Assembly: GCA_052386995.1 (NCBI GenBank)
Contig: JBQTJP010000155.1
Location: 1-22,021, forward strand
DNA length: 22,021 bases
DNA from: Armatimonadota bacterium
GTDB lineage: Bacteria > Sysuimicrobiota > Sysuimicrobiia > Sysuimicrobiales > Humicultoraceae
Direction: 5' to 3'
A program made the translations under genes and the position numbers. Under the pieces are notes generated by a model. That model was not told the DNA's origin, searched no databases, and worked only from the letters and a program-made list of their open reading frames with translations. Shown here piece by piece: positions 8,896 to 18,470 of the stretch (positions are counted from its first letter, which is position 1; the number at the start of each line of letters is the position of its first letter).

Positions 8896-9630
8896 ATGCA
8901 CGACCGCCCGATGACGATCATCGAGCATCTTGAGGAGCTGCGGAGGCGGCTCCTCATCGCGTTTGCGGCCTTGGGGGGCGGGACCGCCGTCGGCTTCTTA
9001 TTCGTCGACCGCGTGCTGGACTTCCTCATCCACCAGCTGCAGGTTGAGCGCGTGGTCTTCTTCGCACCCGCAGAGGCGCTGTTCATCCGCATCAAGGTGG
9101 CCCTCTTGATCGGTGTGTTCATCGGGCTGCCGGTGATCCTCTACCAGCTGTGGGCGTTCATCGCCGTCGGGTTGACCCACGTCGAGCGGCGGGCCATCGT
9201 GGGGCTGCTCCCGCCATCGATCCTCCTCTTCCTCGTAGGGGCGTCATTCGGGCTCTTCGTGATCATGCCGGTTGGCGTCCGCGTACTGCTGAGTTATCAG
9301 ACGCCGACCCTGCAGCCGATGCTCGCGGTCGGCCCGGCGCTCTCGTTTCTGATGGCATTCGTGCTCGCCTTTGGCTTCGTTTTTCAGATCCCCATCGTCA
9401 TCGTGTTCCTCGCGCGCCTGGGGCTTGTCTCACCGGCCACCCTCGCCGCGGGTCGCCGCTATGCCATTGTCGGCATCGTCATCCTCTCCGCCGTGCTCAC
9501 GCCCGGCACCGATGTGGTGTCGCAAATGCTCATGGCGGTCCCGACCTACGCGCTGTACGAAGTCAGCATCTGGCTGGCGCGGCTGGTCGCGCCAAAGGCG
9601 ACGCAGGCCGTTGAAGCCTACGTCGAGTGA
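8896..9630 (+). CDS. tatC: twin-arginine translocase subunit TatC
   Basis: MT..EHLEELRRRL, P.EA....IK, YQLWAFI..GL...E, FGFVFQIP, RRYAIV, LTPGTD, P...LYE.SI. Confidence 0.96.
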   Translation: MHDRPMTIIEHLEELRRRLLIAFAALGGGTAVGFLFVDRVLDFLIHQLQVERVVFFAPAEALFIRIKVALLIGVFIGLPVILYQLWAFIAVGLTHVERRAIVGLLPPSILLFLVGASFGLFVIMPVGVRVLLSYQTPTLQPMLAVGPALSFLMAFVLAFGFVFQIPIVIVFLARLGLVSPATLAAGRRYAIVGIVILSAVLTPGTDVVSQMLMAVPTYALYEVSIWLARLVAPKATQAVEAYVE

Positions 9631-9703
9631 CGGATGCTGAGGAGGCGTCGAGCTTGCGAGACGCCGGTTGGGCAAGCCCGTTGTCCTGAATCGGGAGAGT
9701 AAG

Positions 9704-9967
9704 GTGGCGGCGCGCCGTGTCAGGAATCCCTGGTGGGTTCTGATCGTGATTGTGCTGGCCGGCGGGCTGCTGGGCAGCGTGATTGCCGAGGCCGTCGTCG
9801 GCTATCCGGTCGTGGGATTTCTCGCGCGTGAGGTCCGGGCCGGTGTCGATCCGCCGATTACGCTGGACCTCCGCATCCTCAGCCTCACCGTCGGCGTGCT
9901 GCTCCGCCTCAACCTGGCGATGGTGATCGGCGTCTTTCTGGCGGTCTGGATTTATCGATTGTTGTAG
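9704..9967 (+). CDS. DUF4321-like small membrane protein
   Basis: Hydrophobic protein with G.LLGS.I.E and P.TLDL..L.LT.G..L.LN pattern, in the usual position upstream of maf. GTG 9704 has a GGGAG RBS (alternative start TTG 9668). Confidence 0.7.
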   Translation: MAARRVRNPWWVLIVIVLAGGLLGSVIAEAVVGYPVVGFLAREVRAGVDPPITLDLRILSLTVGVLLRLNLAMVIGVFLAVWIYRLL

Positions 9968-9990
9968 CCGCTCAGAGCGGCTGCTATACT
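9962..9990 (+). promoter_or_regulatory. extended -10 promoter for the maf-radC-mre operon
   Basis: TTGTAG (9962-9967), 17-bp spacer, TGcTATACT (9982-9990). Confidence 0.6.
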
Positions 9991-9999
9991 CTCCCTGGT

Positions 10000-10665
10000 G
10001 TGGAAGTTTCGGTTCCTGTAGGGGACCGGGTACCGTTGCTGCTGTTGGCCTCCGCGTCTCCCCGGCGTGCCGAGTTGCTGCGCCAGGTTGGGCTGCGCTT
10101 CCAGGTCTGGCCCGGGGCGGAGGAGGAGGAGACCCGGGGCGTCGTTCCGGTGGACCCGGACGCGCGCGTCACGCGGAGCGCGCTTCGCAAGGGATGGACG
10201 GTGGAGGCGGTTCGGGCGCGGGCTCGATCCGCCGCGCTGCGCAAGGCCAGGCCTGCCGTGGATGTCCAGCCTGACGCGGTCGTCATCGCCGCCGATACGA
10301 TGGTGATCGTCGACGGTGTCGTGCTCGGGAAGCCATCGACACCCGAAGAGGCCGGAGGTATGCTGCGGCGCCTCTCCGGCCGGACCCACCACGTGACCAC
10401 CGGCATCGTCGTCGCCCACGGGCGCCGTGCGGTCGAGCTCGCGGACGACTCCGTGACAGCCGTACGCTTCCGCCCGCTGCGCGAAGACGAGATCCTCCGA
10501 TACGTGGCGACCGGCGAGCCGATGGATAAAGCGGGGGCATATGGCATTCAGGGCCGTGCGGCACTCTTCGTTGAGAGAGTAGAGGGAGACTACTTCGGGG
10601 TGGTCGGTCTCCCGCTGGTGCCGCTGGCGCGCCTGCTCGAGTCGGTCGGCGTGCAGATGTTTTGA
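10000..10665 (+). CDS. maf: Maf family nucleoside triphosphate pyrophosphatase (YhdE type)
   Basis: LASASPRRAELL, ADT.V..DG..LGKP, LSGRTH.V.TG, EPMDKAGAYGIQG, VVGLP. Confidence 0.95.
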   Translation: MEVSVPVGDRVPLLLLASASPRRAELLRQVGLRFQVWPGAEEEETRGVVPVDPDARVTRSALRKGWTVEAVRARARSAALRKARPAVDVQPDAVVIAADTMVIVDGVVLGKPSTPEEAGGMLRRLSGRTHHVTTGIVVAHGRRAVELADDSVTAVRFRPLREDEILRYVATGEPMDKAGAYGIQGRAALFVERVEGDYFGVVGLPLVPLARLLESVGVQMF

Positions 10666-10739
10666 GCCACCTTCCGGTCCGGCCCGCTGCACCGCGCGAG
10701 GCTGTGGGCGCGCCAGGCCTCCAGACCGGAGTGTCGATC

Positions 10740-11435
10740 GTGGTGAACGGCAGGCTGTCGGTCAAACTGCTTCCCCCGCAAGATCGGCCCAGGGAGCGGC
10801 TCTTGCGCTGCGGCCCCGAAAGCCTCTCATCCCCTGAACTGCTTGCGCTCTTGCTGGGAACCGGCACACGGAGCGCCGGCGCTACCGACCTCGCCGGCCA
10901 GCTTCTGGTGGCCTTTGGGTCGCTGGAAGCCCTCAGCGCGGCTCGGTCCGATGAGCTTGACCGCGTCGCCGGTATCGGTCCGGCGAAGGCGAGCAGCCTG
11001 CTCGCCGCGTTCGAGCTCGGCCGTCGCGTCTCGACCGCGCCCCCGGCCCGGCGGTCCGTGATCCGCACCTCCGGCGACGTCGCGGCGCTCGTGGGCCCGC
11101 AGATGCGCCATCTCGATCGGGAGCACTTTCGCGCCGTGTTGCTGAACGTGCGGCATGAAGTGCTCGATGTCACCAGCGTCGCGGTGGGCGGTCTCGATAG
11201 CGCGCCGATCCATCCGCGCGAAGTTTTCAAGGACGCCATCCGCCGGAGCGCTGCAGCGATCATTCTCGTACACAACCATCCTTCAGGCACCCCCGAGCCC
11301 AGCGGCGACGATCTGCGTATCACCGCCCGACTGCAAGACGCCGGGCGCGTCGTGGGCATCGAGGTGCTCGATCATATCATCGTCGGTGACGGACGCTTCG
11401 TCAGTCTGCGCGAGCGCGGCGTACTGGAACGCTGA
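10740..11435 (+). CDS. radC: RadC/JAB-domain protein
   Basis: RPRERL, ELLALLL.TG, HhH GIGPAKA, HPREVF, HNHPSG..EPS.DD, LDHII. Start uncertain (TTG 10662 or GTG ~10731-10743). Confidence 0.93.
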   Translation: MVNGRLSVKLLPPQDRPRERLLRCGPESLSSPELLALLLGTGTRSAGATDLAGQLLVAFGSLEALSAARSDELDRVAGIGPAKASSLLAAFELGRRVSTAPPARRSVIRTSGDVAALVGPQMRHLDREHFRAVLLNVRHEVLDVTSVAVGGLDSAPIHPREVFKDAIRRSAAAIILVHNHPSGTPEPSGDDLRITARLQDAGRVVGIEVLDHIIVGDGRFVSLRERGVLER

Positions 11436-11460
11436 TCCGCGCCTCCGGGAGGGCACCAGG

Positions 11461-12498
11461 ATGATCTTCGACGGGCTGCTGGGACGGATCGGACGCGACA
11501 TGGGCATCGACCTGGGGACGGCCAACACCCTGGTGTATGTCCGGCGTGTGGGGATCGTGATCCGCGAGCCGTCGGTCGTGGCCAAACGGGTGGAAGACGG
11601 CCAGGTGCTGGCCGTGGGCGAGGAAGCGAAACGCATGATCGGCCGCACGCCCGGCGACATCGTGGCGACGCGGCCGCTGCGGGACGGCGTGATCGCAGAC
11701 TTCGACACGACCGCGAAGATGCTGTCCTACTTCATCCGCAAGGCCGTGGACGGCCGCATGTGGATCAGGCCGCGCGTTGTCGTCGGGATCCCCTCGGGGT
11801 GCACCGAGGTCGAGAAGCGCGCGGTGATCGACGCCACCATTCAGGCCGGGGCGCGTGATGCGTATCTGATCGAGGAGCCGATGGCGGCGGCAATCGGTGC
11901 CGGACTGCCGGTCTCCGAGCCGATCGGGAGCATGGTCGTCGACATCGGCGGCGGGACGACCGAAGTGGCGATCATCTCGCTGGGGGGCATTGTGACGTCG
12001 CGGTCGATCCGCGTCGGCGGCGACGAGCTCGATGAGGCGATTATTCAGTACGCCCGTCGGGCATATAACCTGTTGATCGGTGAGCGGTCGGCCGAGGAGA
12101 TCAAGATCGCCATCGGGTCTGCTTTCCCGGGCCGGGAGGAGAGCGCCGTGAATGTGCGCGGCCGCGACCTGGTCTCGGGCCTGCCCCGAACCGTGCGCAT
12201 GACCAGTGCCGAGATCCGGGAGGCGATGGCCGAACCCGTGCAGCAAGTGGTCGATGCCGTCAAACAGACCCTCGAGCAGACACCGCCCGAGCTCGCCGCC
12301 GACATCGTCGATCGGGGCATCATCATGGCAGGGGGCGGCGCGCTGCTGCGCGGGATTGACCGGCTGCTGGCCGAAGAGACCGGCATGCCAGTCTCCCTGA
12401 CCGAGGATCCGCTCGCCGCGGTGGTCATGGGCACCGGCCGGGCGCTGGAGGAGTTGGACACGCTGAAGAAAGTCATGATCTCCTCGAAGCGCGCCTAA
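11461..12498 (+). CDS. mreB: rod shape-determining protein MreB
   Basis: [59 protein letters not shown]. Confidence 0.98.
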   Translation: MIFDGLLGRIGRDMGIDLGTANTLVYVRRVGIVIREPSVVAKRVEDGQVLAVGEEAKRMIGRTPGDIVATRPLRDGVIADFDTTAKMLSYFIRKAVDGRMWIRPRVVVGIPSGCTEVEKRAVIDATIQAGARDAYLIEEPMAAAIGAGLPVSEPIGSMVVDIGGGTTEVAIISLGGIVTSRSIRVGGDELDEAIIQYARRAYNLLIGERSAEEIKIAIGSAFPGREESAVNVRGRDLVSGLPRTVRMTSAEIREAMAEPVQQVVDAVKQTLEQTPPELAADIVDRGIIMAGGGALLRGIDRLLAEETGMPVSLTEDPLAAVVMGTGRALEELDTLKKVMISSKRA

Positions 12499-12536
12499 CG
12501 GCGTCGAGGGTCGAGGCTTGGGAGGGACTGCCACCG

Positions 12537-13352
12537 ATGAGGCGGCAGGTGCTGTTCGTCGCAGCCATCGTTCTCGCCACGCTGGGGATGCTGACGCTCC
12601 AGGTGCGCCTGCCCGAGCGGCGCGACGTTGGGCCAGTCGGCTCCCTCGTGCTGGCGGTCATGGGGCCGGTGCACACGGGCCTGGCGCGTGTCGCCGATGG
12701 CCTCGCGCGTCTGTGGCGGCCATTCTCCGACATCAGCCGGCTGCGCGCCGAGAACGCCCGCCTGCGCGAAGACGTCGAGCGCCTGTCGGCCGAGGTCAGC
12801 CGCCTCCGTGAGCGGGCCCAGGCCACCCAGCGCCTCGAACGGCTCCTGGCGTTCCGCAGCCAGGTGCCGGGGCGCGCGATTGGCGCGCGCGTGATCGGTC
12901 GAGACGCCACGCAGTGGTTTGCGGTCATCGTCCTCGACCGGGGCTCGCAGGACGGCGTGCGCCGCAACGACACGGTCGTCGCCGCCGAGGGCCTGGTGGG
13001 CCGCGTGCTGACGGTGTCCGCAACCACCTCGCAGGTGCTGCTGATCTCGGACACACGCAGCGCGGTCGGCGTGATTCTGCAGCAGTCCCGCGAAGCGGGC
13101 GTCGTCGAGGGATTGGGACAGGCATCCCTGCGGCTCAAGTACGTGACGCGCGCCCGCGAAGTCCCGGTCGGCGAGGTCATCGTCACCTCTGGACAGGCGG
13201 GCGTTTTCCCCCGGGGGCTTCCCGTCGGCACGGTAGCGTCGGTGACACGCGAGCAGAGCGCCTTTCATCTGGAGGCGGTCGTCCGTCCGGCCGTGCCGCT
13301 TGACCAGCTCGAAGACGTGCTGATTCTCATCGAGAGTCGGCCCGACCGGTAG
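12537..13352 (+). CDS. mreC: rod shape-determining protein MreC
   Basis: N-terminal TM, coiled coil (LRAENARLRE), ARVIGRD, DRGS.DGV, GLVGRV, TSG..GVFP.GLPVG. Follows mreB. Confidence 0.95.
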   Translation: MRRQVLFVAAIVLATLGMLTLQVRLPERRDVGPVGSLVLAVMGPVHTGLARVADGLARLWRPFSDISRLRAENARLREDVERLSAEVSRLRERAQATQRLERLLAFRSQVPGRAIGARVIGRDATQWFAVIVLDRGSQDGVRRNDTVVAAEGLVGRVLTVSATTSQVLLISDTRSAVGVILQQSREAGVVEGLGQASLRLKYVTRAREVPVGEVIVTSGQAGVFPRGLPVGTVASVTREQSAFHLEAVVRPAVPLDQLEDVLILIESRPDR

Positions 13353-13356
13353 CGAG

Positions 13357-13884
13357 ATGGCGCTGCGGATCGCGCTTCTCGGCACCCTACTGATGAGCGG
13401 TACGCTCATGGACAGCGCGTGGTTCTCGCGCCTGCGGCTGCCGGCTCTGCCCGACCCTGTGCTCTTGGTGGTAGTCGTCGCCGGCGTGCGCGGCGGACTG
13501 GTGAACGGCACGCTGCTGGGGCTGGCGGCAGGATACCTGCGCGATGTGGTGAGCGGCAGCCCCCTGGGCGTATTTACGATGGGCTATCTGCTCGTTGGAG
13601 TGGCGGCGGGATCCATGATCTCGGTTGTCGACCTCGATTCGACGTACGCGCCCGCGGCGACCGCGGCAGCGGCCACCGTGCTGCTGCACCTCACCGTCAG
13701 CGCGATCGTGGCGGCGACCGGCGTGGGCAGCGTGCACTGGCCGGTCCTGCTCCAGGGCCTGATCCTTGCAGCGGCGATCAACGCCCTTCTGGTACGGCCG
13801 GTAGACCGCCTGGTCCGATGGATCGATCGGGTCGCCTACCGGCGGTTTCCTGAAAAGGCCATCGGGTATCGGGTGTGGCGATGA
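13357..13884 (+). CDS. mreD: rod shape-determining protein MreD
   Basis: Polytopic membrane protein with PD..L and G...G.L.D...G..LG motifs, located between mreC and PBP2. Confidence 0.9.
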   Translation: MALRIALLGTLLMSGTLMDSAWFSRLRLPALPDPVLLVVVVAGVRGGLVNGTLLGLAAGYLRDVVSGSPLGVFTMGYLLVGVAAGSMISVVDLDSTYAPAATAAAATVLLHLTVSAIVAATGVGSVHWPVLLQGLILAAAINALLVRPVDRLVRWIDRVAYRRFPEKAIGYRVWR

Positions 13885-15635
13885 CCGAGTCACCCTGGAC
13901 GTTGCGAGTCGCGCGGCTCGCCGCGGTGATCCTGCTGTTGCTCCTCGTGCTCGAGGCGCGGCTGTGGTCATTGCAGGCCATTCAGGGTCCGCACTACCTG
14001 CGGCTCTCCGAGCAGAACCGCCTGCGCGACATCGTGATCCCCGCGCCCCGAGGCGTCATCTATGACCGCCGGGGCCAGCCCTTAGTCACCAACCGCGCCG
14101 CGTTTACCGTCAGCGTGCTGCCGATGGAAGTGAAAGACCCTCAGCGACTCGCGGATGCGCTTGCGCCGGTGCTCGGTATGGACAGACGCGAGATCCTGGC
14201 GCGGCTGGCCGCCGGCCGTAAGCGCCGTTTTGAACCCGTCGCCCTGCTTCGCGATGCCAGCAAAGCTGTCGTCTTGACGGTTGAAGAAAACCGTCTCGAC
14301 CTTCCTGGAGTCATCGTCCAGGCCGAGCCCGCGCGCGACCATCTGCTCGGCGGCTTCGCGGCCCATGCGCTCGGGTACCTGGGGGAGGTGACCGAGGACG
14401 AGCTCAAATCGAAGCCCGGCTACCGCATGGGTGATCTCATCGGCAAGGCGGGCCTCGAGCGCACGTACGACGCGATCCTGCGTGGAAAGAACGGCCGCCT
14501 GCGCGTCGAGGTGGATGCCTACGGGCAGCCGGGCCGGATCCTCGCCCGTGAGCCGGCGCAGCCGGGCCAGTCTCTGGTGCTCAATCTCGACGCGACCCTG
14601 CAGGCCGTCGCGGAGCAGGCGCTCGGTGATCGGACGGGCGCGGTCGTCGCGATGGATCCGCGCAACGGCGAAGTCCTCGTCCTGGTCAGCCATCCGGCAT
14701 TCAATCCCAACCAGTTTTCCGGAGGGATCAGCCCGGCCAACTGGCAGCGGCTCATGGGGGACCGCGGCCTGCCGCTCATCAACCGCGCGGCCGAAGGGGC
14801 CTACGAGCCCGGATCGGTGTTCAAGATCTTCACTGGGATCGCCGCGCTGAGCGAAGGCGTCGCGAGCCGCACCAGCGTGATCTATTGTCCGGGGTCGTTG
14901 CGCCTGGGCGCGTGGGTCTTCCATGACCTCAAGGCCCACGGAAGCGTGACCTTCATACGCGGCACGGCGGTCTCGTGCAACGTAATGTTCTGGACACTCG
15001 GACGCACATTGGGTGACGAGCGAATCCACCGCTACGCCACGGCGCTTGGGCTCGGCTCACCCACGGGCATCGATCTGCCGTCGGAGGTGCCGGGACTGAT
15101 TCCTTCGGCCAGCTGGAAACTCCGGGTGCGCAAGGAGCCCTGGTATCCGGGCGAAACGCTCAACATGGCCATCGGCCAGGGGTACGTGCAGACGACGCCG
15201 CTGCAGATCGCGCGCGCCGCAGGGGCGCTTGGCACCGGCGGCACGCTGGCGCGTCCACGCCTCGCCCGTCGTGTGCTGTCCTCCGATGGCACTGAAGTGC
15301 AGACCTTTGCTCCGCAGACGGACCGTGTGCCGTTGAACGCCACGGCCGTCGCAACGCTCCGGGAGGGGATGCGTCTGGTCGTTGACGGTGGAACTGGGCG
15401 GGCCGCGGCGGTGCCGGGCCTGCCGATGGCCGGGAAAACCGGGAGCGCCGAGAACCCGCGCGGCCAGCCCCACGCGTGGTTTGTCGGCTACGCTCCCGCC
15501 GACAATCCCGCGCTGGTCGTGGTGGCGTTCGTGGAACACGGGTGGCGCGGGGGCGTGCGTGCCGCGCCCATCGTAAAGGCCGTATTCGCCGCCGCCGTGA
15601 GCAGCGGGCTCATCACCACGGACGTGCGGCCGTGA
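13881..15635 (+). CDS. mrdA: penicillin-binding protein 2 (class B)
   Basis: APRG.IYDR, GK.GLE..YD, active-site SxxK (GSVFK), SxN (SCN) and KTG. ATGA overlap with mreD. Confidence 0.95.
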   Translation: MTESPWTLRVARLAAVILLLLLVLEARLWSLQAIQGPHYLRLSEQNRLRDIVIPAPRGVIYDRRGQPLVTNRAAFTVSVLPMEVKDPQRLADALAPVLGMDRREILARLAAGRKRRFEPVALLRDASKAVVLTVEENRLDLPGVIVQAEPARDHLLGGFAAHALGYLGEVTEDELKSKPGYRMGDLIGKAGLERTYDAILRGKNGRLRVEVDAYGQPGRILAREPAQPGQSLVLNLDATLQAVAEQALGDRTGAVVAMDPRNGEVLVLVSHPAFNPNQFSGGISPANWQRLMGDRGLPLINRAAEGAYEPGSVFKIFTGIAALSEGVASRTSVIYCPGSLRLGAWVFHDLKAHGSVTFIRGTAVSCNVMFWTLGRTLGDERIHRYATALGLGSPTGIDLPSEVPGLIPSASWKLRVRKEPWYPGETLNMAIGQGYVQTTPLQIARAAGALGTGGTLARPRLARRVLSSDGTEVQTFAPQTDRVPLNATAVATLREGMRLVVDGGTGRAAAVPGLPMAGKTGSAENPRGQPHAWFVGYAPADNPALVVVAFVEHGWRGGVRAAPIVKAVFAAAVSSGLITTDVRP

Positions 15636-16723
15636 GAGGACTGTGGGTCCGCGAAGTGGACTGGGTGCTGGTCGGCGTCACCGTGCTGCTCGCGGCATAC
15701 GGCGTTGTCATCCTTGTCTCGGCCACCCACGGCTCTCCGGACGCATCGGCCTTCCTGCGGGCGCGCGTCCTGCACCTGGCACTCGGCGCCGTGGCGCTGG
15801 TGGCGGCCGCCGCGTACGACTACCGGAAGCTTGGAGGACGATGGCCGATCCTCTATGTGGCCACGCTGGCGCTCCTGCTCTCGGTGTTCGTGGCGGGTGA
15901 ATCGCGTCTGGGGGCGCAGCGTTGGATCTCCCTTGGGCCGCTGGGCACCCTCCAGCCATCCGAGCTTGCGAAGCTCGCCATCATCGTGACGCTGGCCCGG
16001 CATCTCGATCAGGTCAAGGCGCTGCCGCGCCTGCGGTCTCTGTTCCCCTTCATCGCGCACATCGGCGTGCCGATGCTGCTGATTGTCAAGCAGCCCGACC
16101 TGGGAACCGCGATGGTCCTCGTCGCGGTCCTGGGAGCGATGGTGTACGTGGGCGGAGGGCGGCCGCGAGATCTGGCGGCGGTCGCCGCCGGTGGGGCGGC
16201 CATGATGCCATTCCTGTGGGGGGTCCTGCACGACTATCAACGCCGCCGGCTGATGGCCTTTCTCGATCCCGCGGCCGATCCGTTGGGCGCTGGGTACGCG
16301 CTGATCCAGTCGAAGATCGCGGTTGGCTCGGGACAGCTGTTCGGCAAAGGTCTGTTCGCCGGGACGCAGAACCTGCTGCGGTTCATTCCTGAGCAGCACA
16401 CGGACTTCATCTTTACGGTTGTGGGTGAGGAGCTGGGACTTGTCGGCGGCACCATCATGCTCGTGCTGTACGCGATCTGGCTGTGGCGGGCGTTGACCAT
16501 CGCCGCGGAGGCCCGCGATCGCCTCGGCGGCCTCATCGCCACGGGGATCGCCACGATGGTCGCCTTCCATGTGATCATCAATGTGGGGATGACGATCGGG
16601 CTGCTGCCGATTACCGGCATCCCCCTGCCGTTTCTGAGCTACGGCGGGTCGGCGCTGCTCGCGACCCTGGCGGGCACCGGGCTGCTGCTCAGCATCGGTC
16701 TGCGTCGCCGCCTGGGACGCTAG
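15632..16723 (+). CDS. rodA: SEDS peptidoglycan glycosyltransferase RodA
   Basis: GAQRWI, QPSELAK, QPDLGT, QS.IAVGSG, PEQHTDFIF, P.TGIPLPFLSYGGS. GTGA overlap with mrdA. Confidence 0.95.
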   Translation: MRGLWVREVDWVLVGVTVLLAAYGVVILVSATHGSPDASAFLRARVLHLALGAVALVAAAAYDYRKLGGRWPILYVATLALLLSVFVAGESRLGAQRWISLGPLGTLQPSELAKLAIIVTLARHLDQVKALPRLRSLFPFIAHIGVPMLLIVKQPDLGTAMVLVAVLGAMVYVGGGRPRDLAAVAAGGAAMMPFLWGVLHDYQRRRLMAFLDPAADPLGAGYALIQSKIAVGSGQLFGKGLFAGTQNLLRFIPEQHTDFIFTVVGEELGLVGGTIMLVLYAIWLWRALTIAAEARDRLGGLIATGIATMVAFHVIINVGMTIGLLPITGIPLPFLSYGGSALLATLAGTGLLLSIGLRRRLGR

Positions 16724-16746
16724 CGAGGAGACCGAGGAATCAGATC

Positions 16747-18429
16747 ATGAGCCGAGAGATCGTTGCGAATATCGACGCGGCCGAGACGCGCGTGGCCGTG
16801 ATGCAGGACGGGACGCTGGTGAACCTGTTCGTCGAGCGCTCGGAGCCGGTGGCCGGCAACATCTACAAGGCCAAGGTGAACAACGTGCTCCCGGGAATGG
16901 ACGCGGCCTTCGTCGACATCGGCCTGGAGCGCAATGCTTTTCTCCACGTCGAGGACATCCGTTCGACGCGGTTGGATGGCGAGGACATCGAGGAGGTCAT
17001 CGGCAGGGGCGCGATCGCCGAACGCCTGCGCGTGGGTCAAGAGATCTTTGTCCAGGTCACCAAAGAGCCGATGGGGTCGAAGGGCGCGCGGGTGACGACC
17101 TACGTCGCCCTGCCCGCGCACTACCTGGTTCTGATGCCCACCGTCAATTACATCGGCGTCAGCCGACGCATCACGGCCGATGCTGAGCGCAAGCGCCTGC
17201 GCGCGATTGCCGAGCGGATCCGGCCGGAGGGCATGGGGATCATCGTGCGGACCGCGGCCGAGGGCGCCGACGAGAAGACGCTGGCCGACGACGTCGAGTT
17301 TCTCAAGCAGATGTGGGGCCGCGTGCTCGAGCGTGGCCGGGCGAATCGGGCCCCTGCGCTCGTGTACCAGGATCTGCGTCTGATCCGCCGCATCGTGCGC
17401 GATCTCTTCACAGAGGGAGTCGACCGGTTCGTCGTCGACTCCTCCGAGGAATACGGCCGGATCGCCGATCTGCTCGGCTCGTTCGCCCCGCAGCTGCGCG
17501 ACCGGCTGGTGCTGCACGGCGACGGCGTGCCCGTCTTCGAGCAGTACGGGGTCGAGCGCGAGATCGATCGGGCGCTCAGGCGGCGGGTCTGGTTGAAGTC
17601 CGGCGGCTACATCGTCATCGACCGCACCGAGGCGCTGACGGTCATCGATGTGAACACCGGCAAGTACGTCGGGAAAACCGACCTGGCCAGCACGATCCTG
17701 CGCACGAACCTGGAAGCCCTCGGAGAGATCGTGCGGCAGATCACGCTGCGCGATATCGGCGGCATCATTCTCGTGGACTTCATCGACATGGAGGACGCCG
17801 AGCACCGCAAGCGCGTGCTGGCGGAGTTCGAAGGGGCCGTGGAACGCGATCGGGCCAAGCTCCACATCATCGATCTGACCGCGCTCGGCCTGGTGGAGAT
17901 CACGCGCAAGCGCGTCTACCAGGACCTTGAAGAAATCATGCGCATCCCGTGTCCGTACTGCGAGGGCCGCGGGCGGGTGCTGGCGCCGGAAACCGTGGCG
18001 ATGCGGGTGCGCCGAGAGGTGCGCAAGCTCGCCCGCACGTCCAAGGCGCGTGCGGTGCTGGTCGAGGTCCATCCTCAGGTGTCGGCCGCGCTGTTCCGCG
18101 ACGGCGCGGGGTGGGTGAGAGCCCTGGAGGAAGCGCACGGGAAGCGCCTGCGGGTGCGCGGCCGCGATGGGATGCACATCGAGCGCATCAACATCGCCGA
18201 GTTCGACACCGCCGAAGAGCTGGAAACGGCCCCCGGCGGCGGTCGGCGCACGCAGTTCTGGACGGATCGCGAGCCCGGCGAGGTCCGCACCCTGGCCGAG
18301 CCCGACCCGGCATACGAGATGGCCCTGGCGATCGTGGACGGGAGAGTGGAGCAGCCTCCGCCGCGGCGGGACGGGCTGGTAAGGAAAGTGCTGCGACGCC
18401 TGCGCGGCGGCAGGGACGGCGCGGGGTAG
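16747..18429 (+). CDS. rng: ribonuclease E/G family (RNase G-size) endoribonuclease
   Basis: GNIYK.KV..VLPGM.AAFVDIG, S1 domain, TEALTVIDVNTGK, LRDIGGII.VDFIDM, Zn-link CPYCEGRG. Confidence 0.95.
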   Translation: MSREIVANIDAAETRVAVMQDGTLVNLFVERSEPVAGNIYKAKVNNVLPGMDAAFVDIGLERNAFLHVEDIRSTRLDGEDIEEVIGRGAIAERLRVGQEIFVQVTKEPMGSKGARVTTYVALPAHYLVLMPTVNYIGVSRRITADAERKRLRAIAERIRPEGMGIIVRTAAEGADEKTLADDVEFLKQMWGRVLERGRANRAPALVYQDLRLIRRIVRDLFTEGVDRFVVDSSEEYGRIADLLGSFAPQLRDRLVLHGDGVPVFEQYGVEREIDRALRRRVWLKSGGYIVIDRTEALTVIDVNTGKYVGKTDLASTILRTNLEALGEIVRQITLRDIGGIILVDFIDMEDAEHRKRVLAEFEGAVERDRAKLHIIDLTALGLVEITRKRVYQDLEEIMRIPCPYCEGRGRVLAPETVAMRVRREVRKLARTSKARAVLVEVHPQVSAALFRDGAGWVRALEEAHGKRLRVRGRDGMHIERINIAEFDTAEELETAPGGGRRTQFWTDREPGEVRTLAEPDPAYEMALAIVDGRVEQPPPRRDGLVRKVLRRLRGGRDGAG

Positions 18430-18470
18430 GAGCCCCTGGCACGGGTCTGTGCGATGTTCCAGCGCACCCT

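Noticed and set aside
10740..11435. RadC/JAB protein as a mobile-element or defence-associated gene
   Set aside because: It is the full-length HhH+JAB form in the standard maf-radC-mreB context.
228..18177. Long minus-strand and alternative-frame ORFs (e.g. 228-1124, 11401-12534, 15488-16570, 16720-18177)
   Set aside because: Shadow ORFs of well-supported + strand genes, expected in high-GC DNA, with no recognisable motifs.
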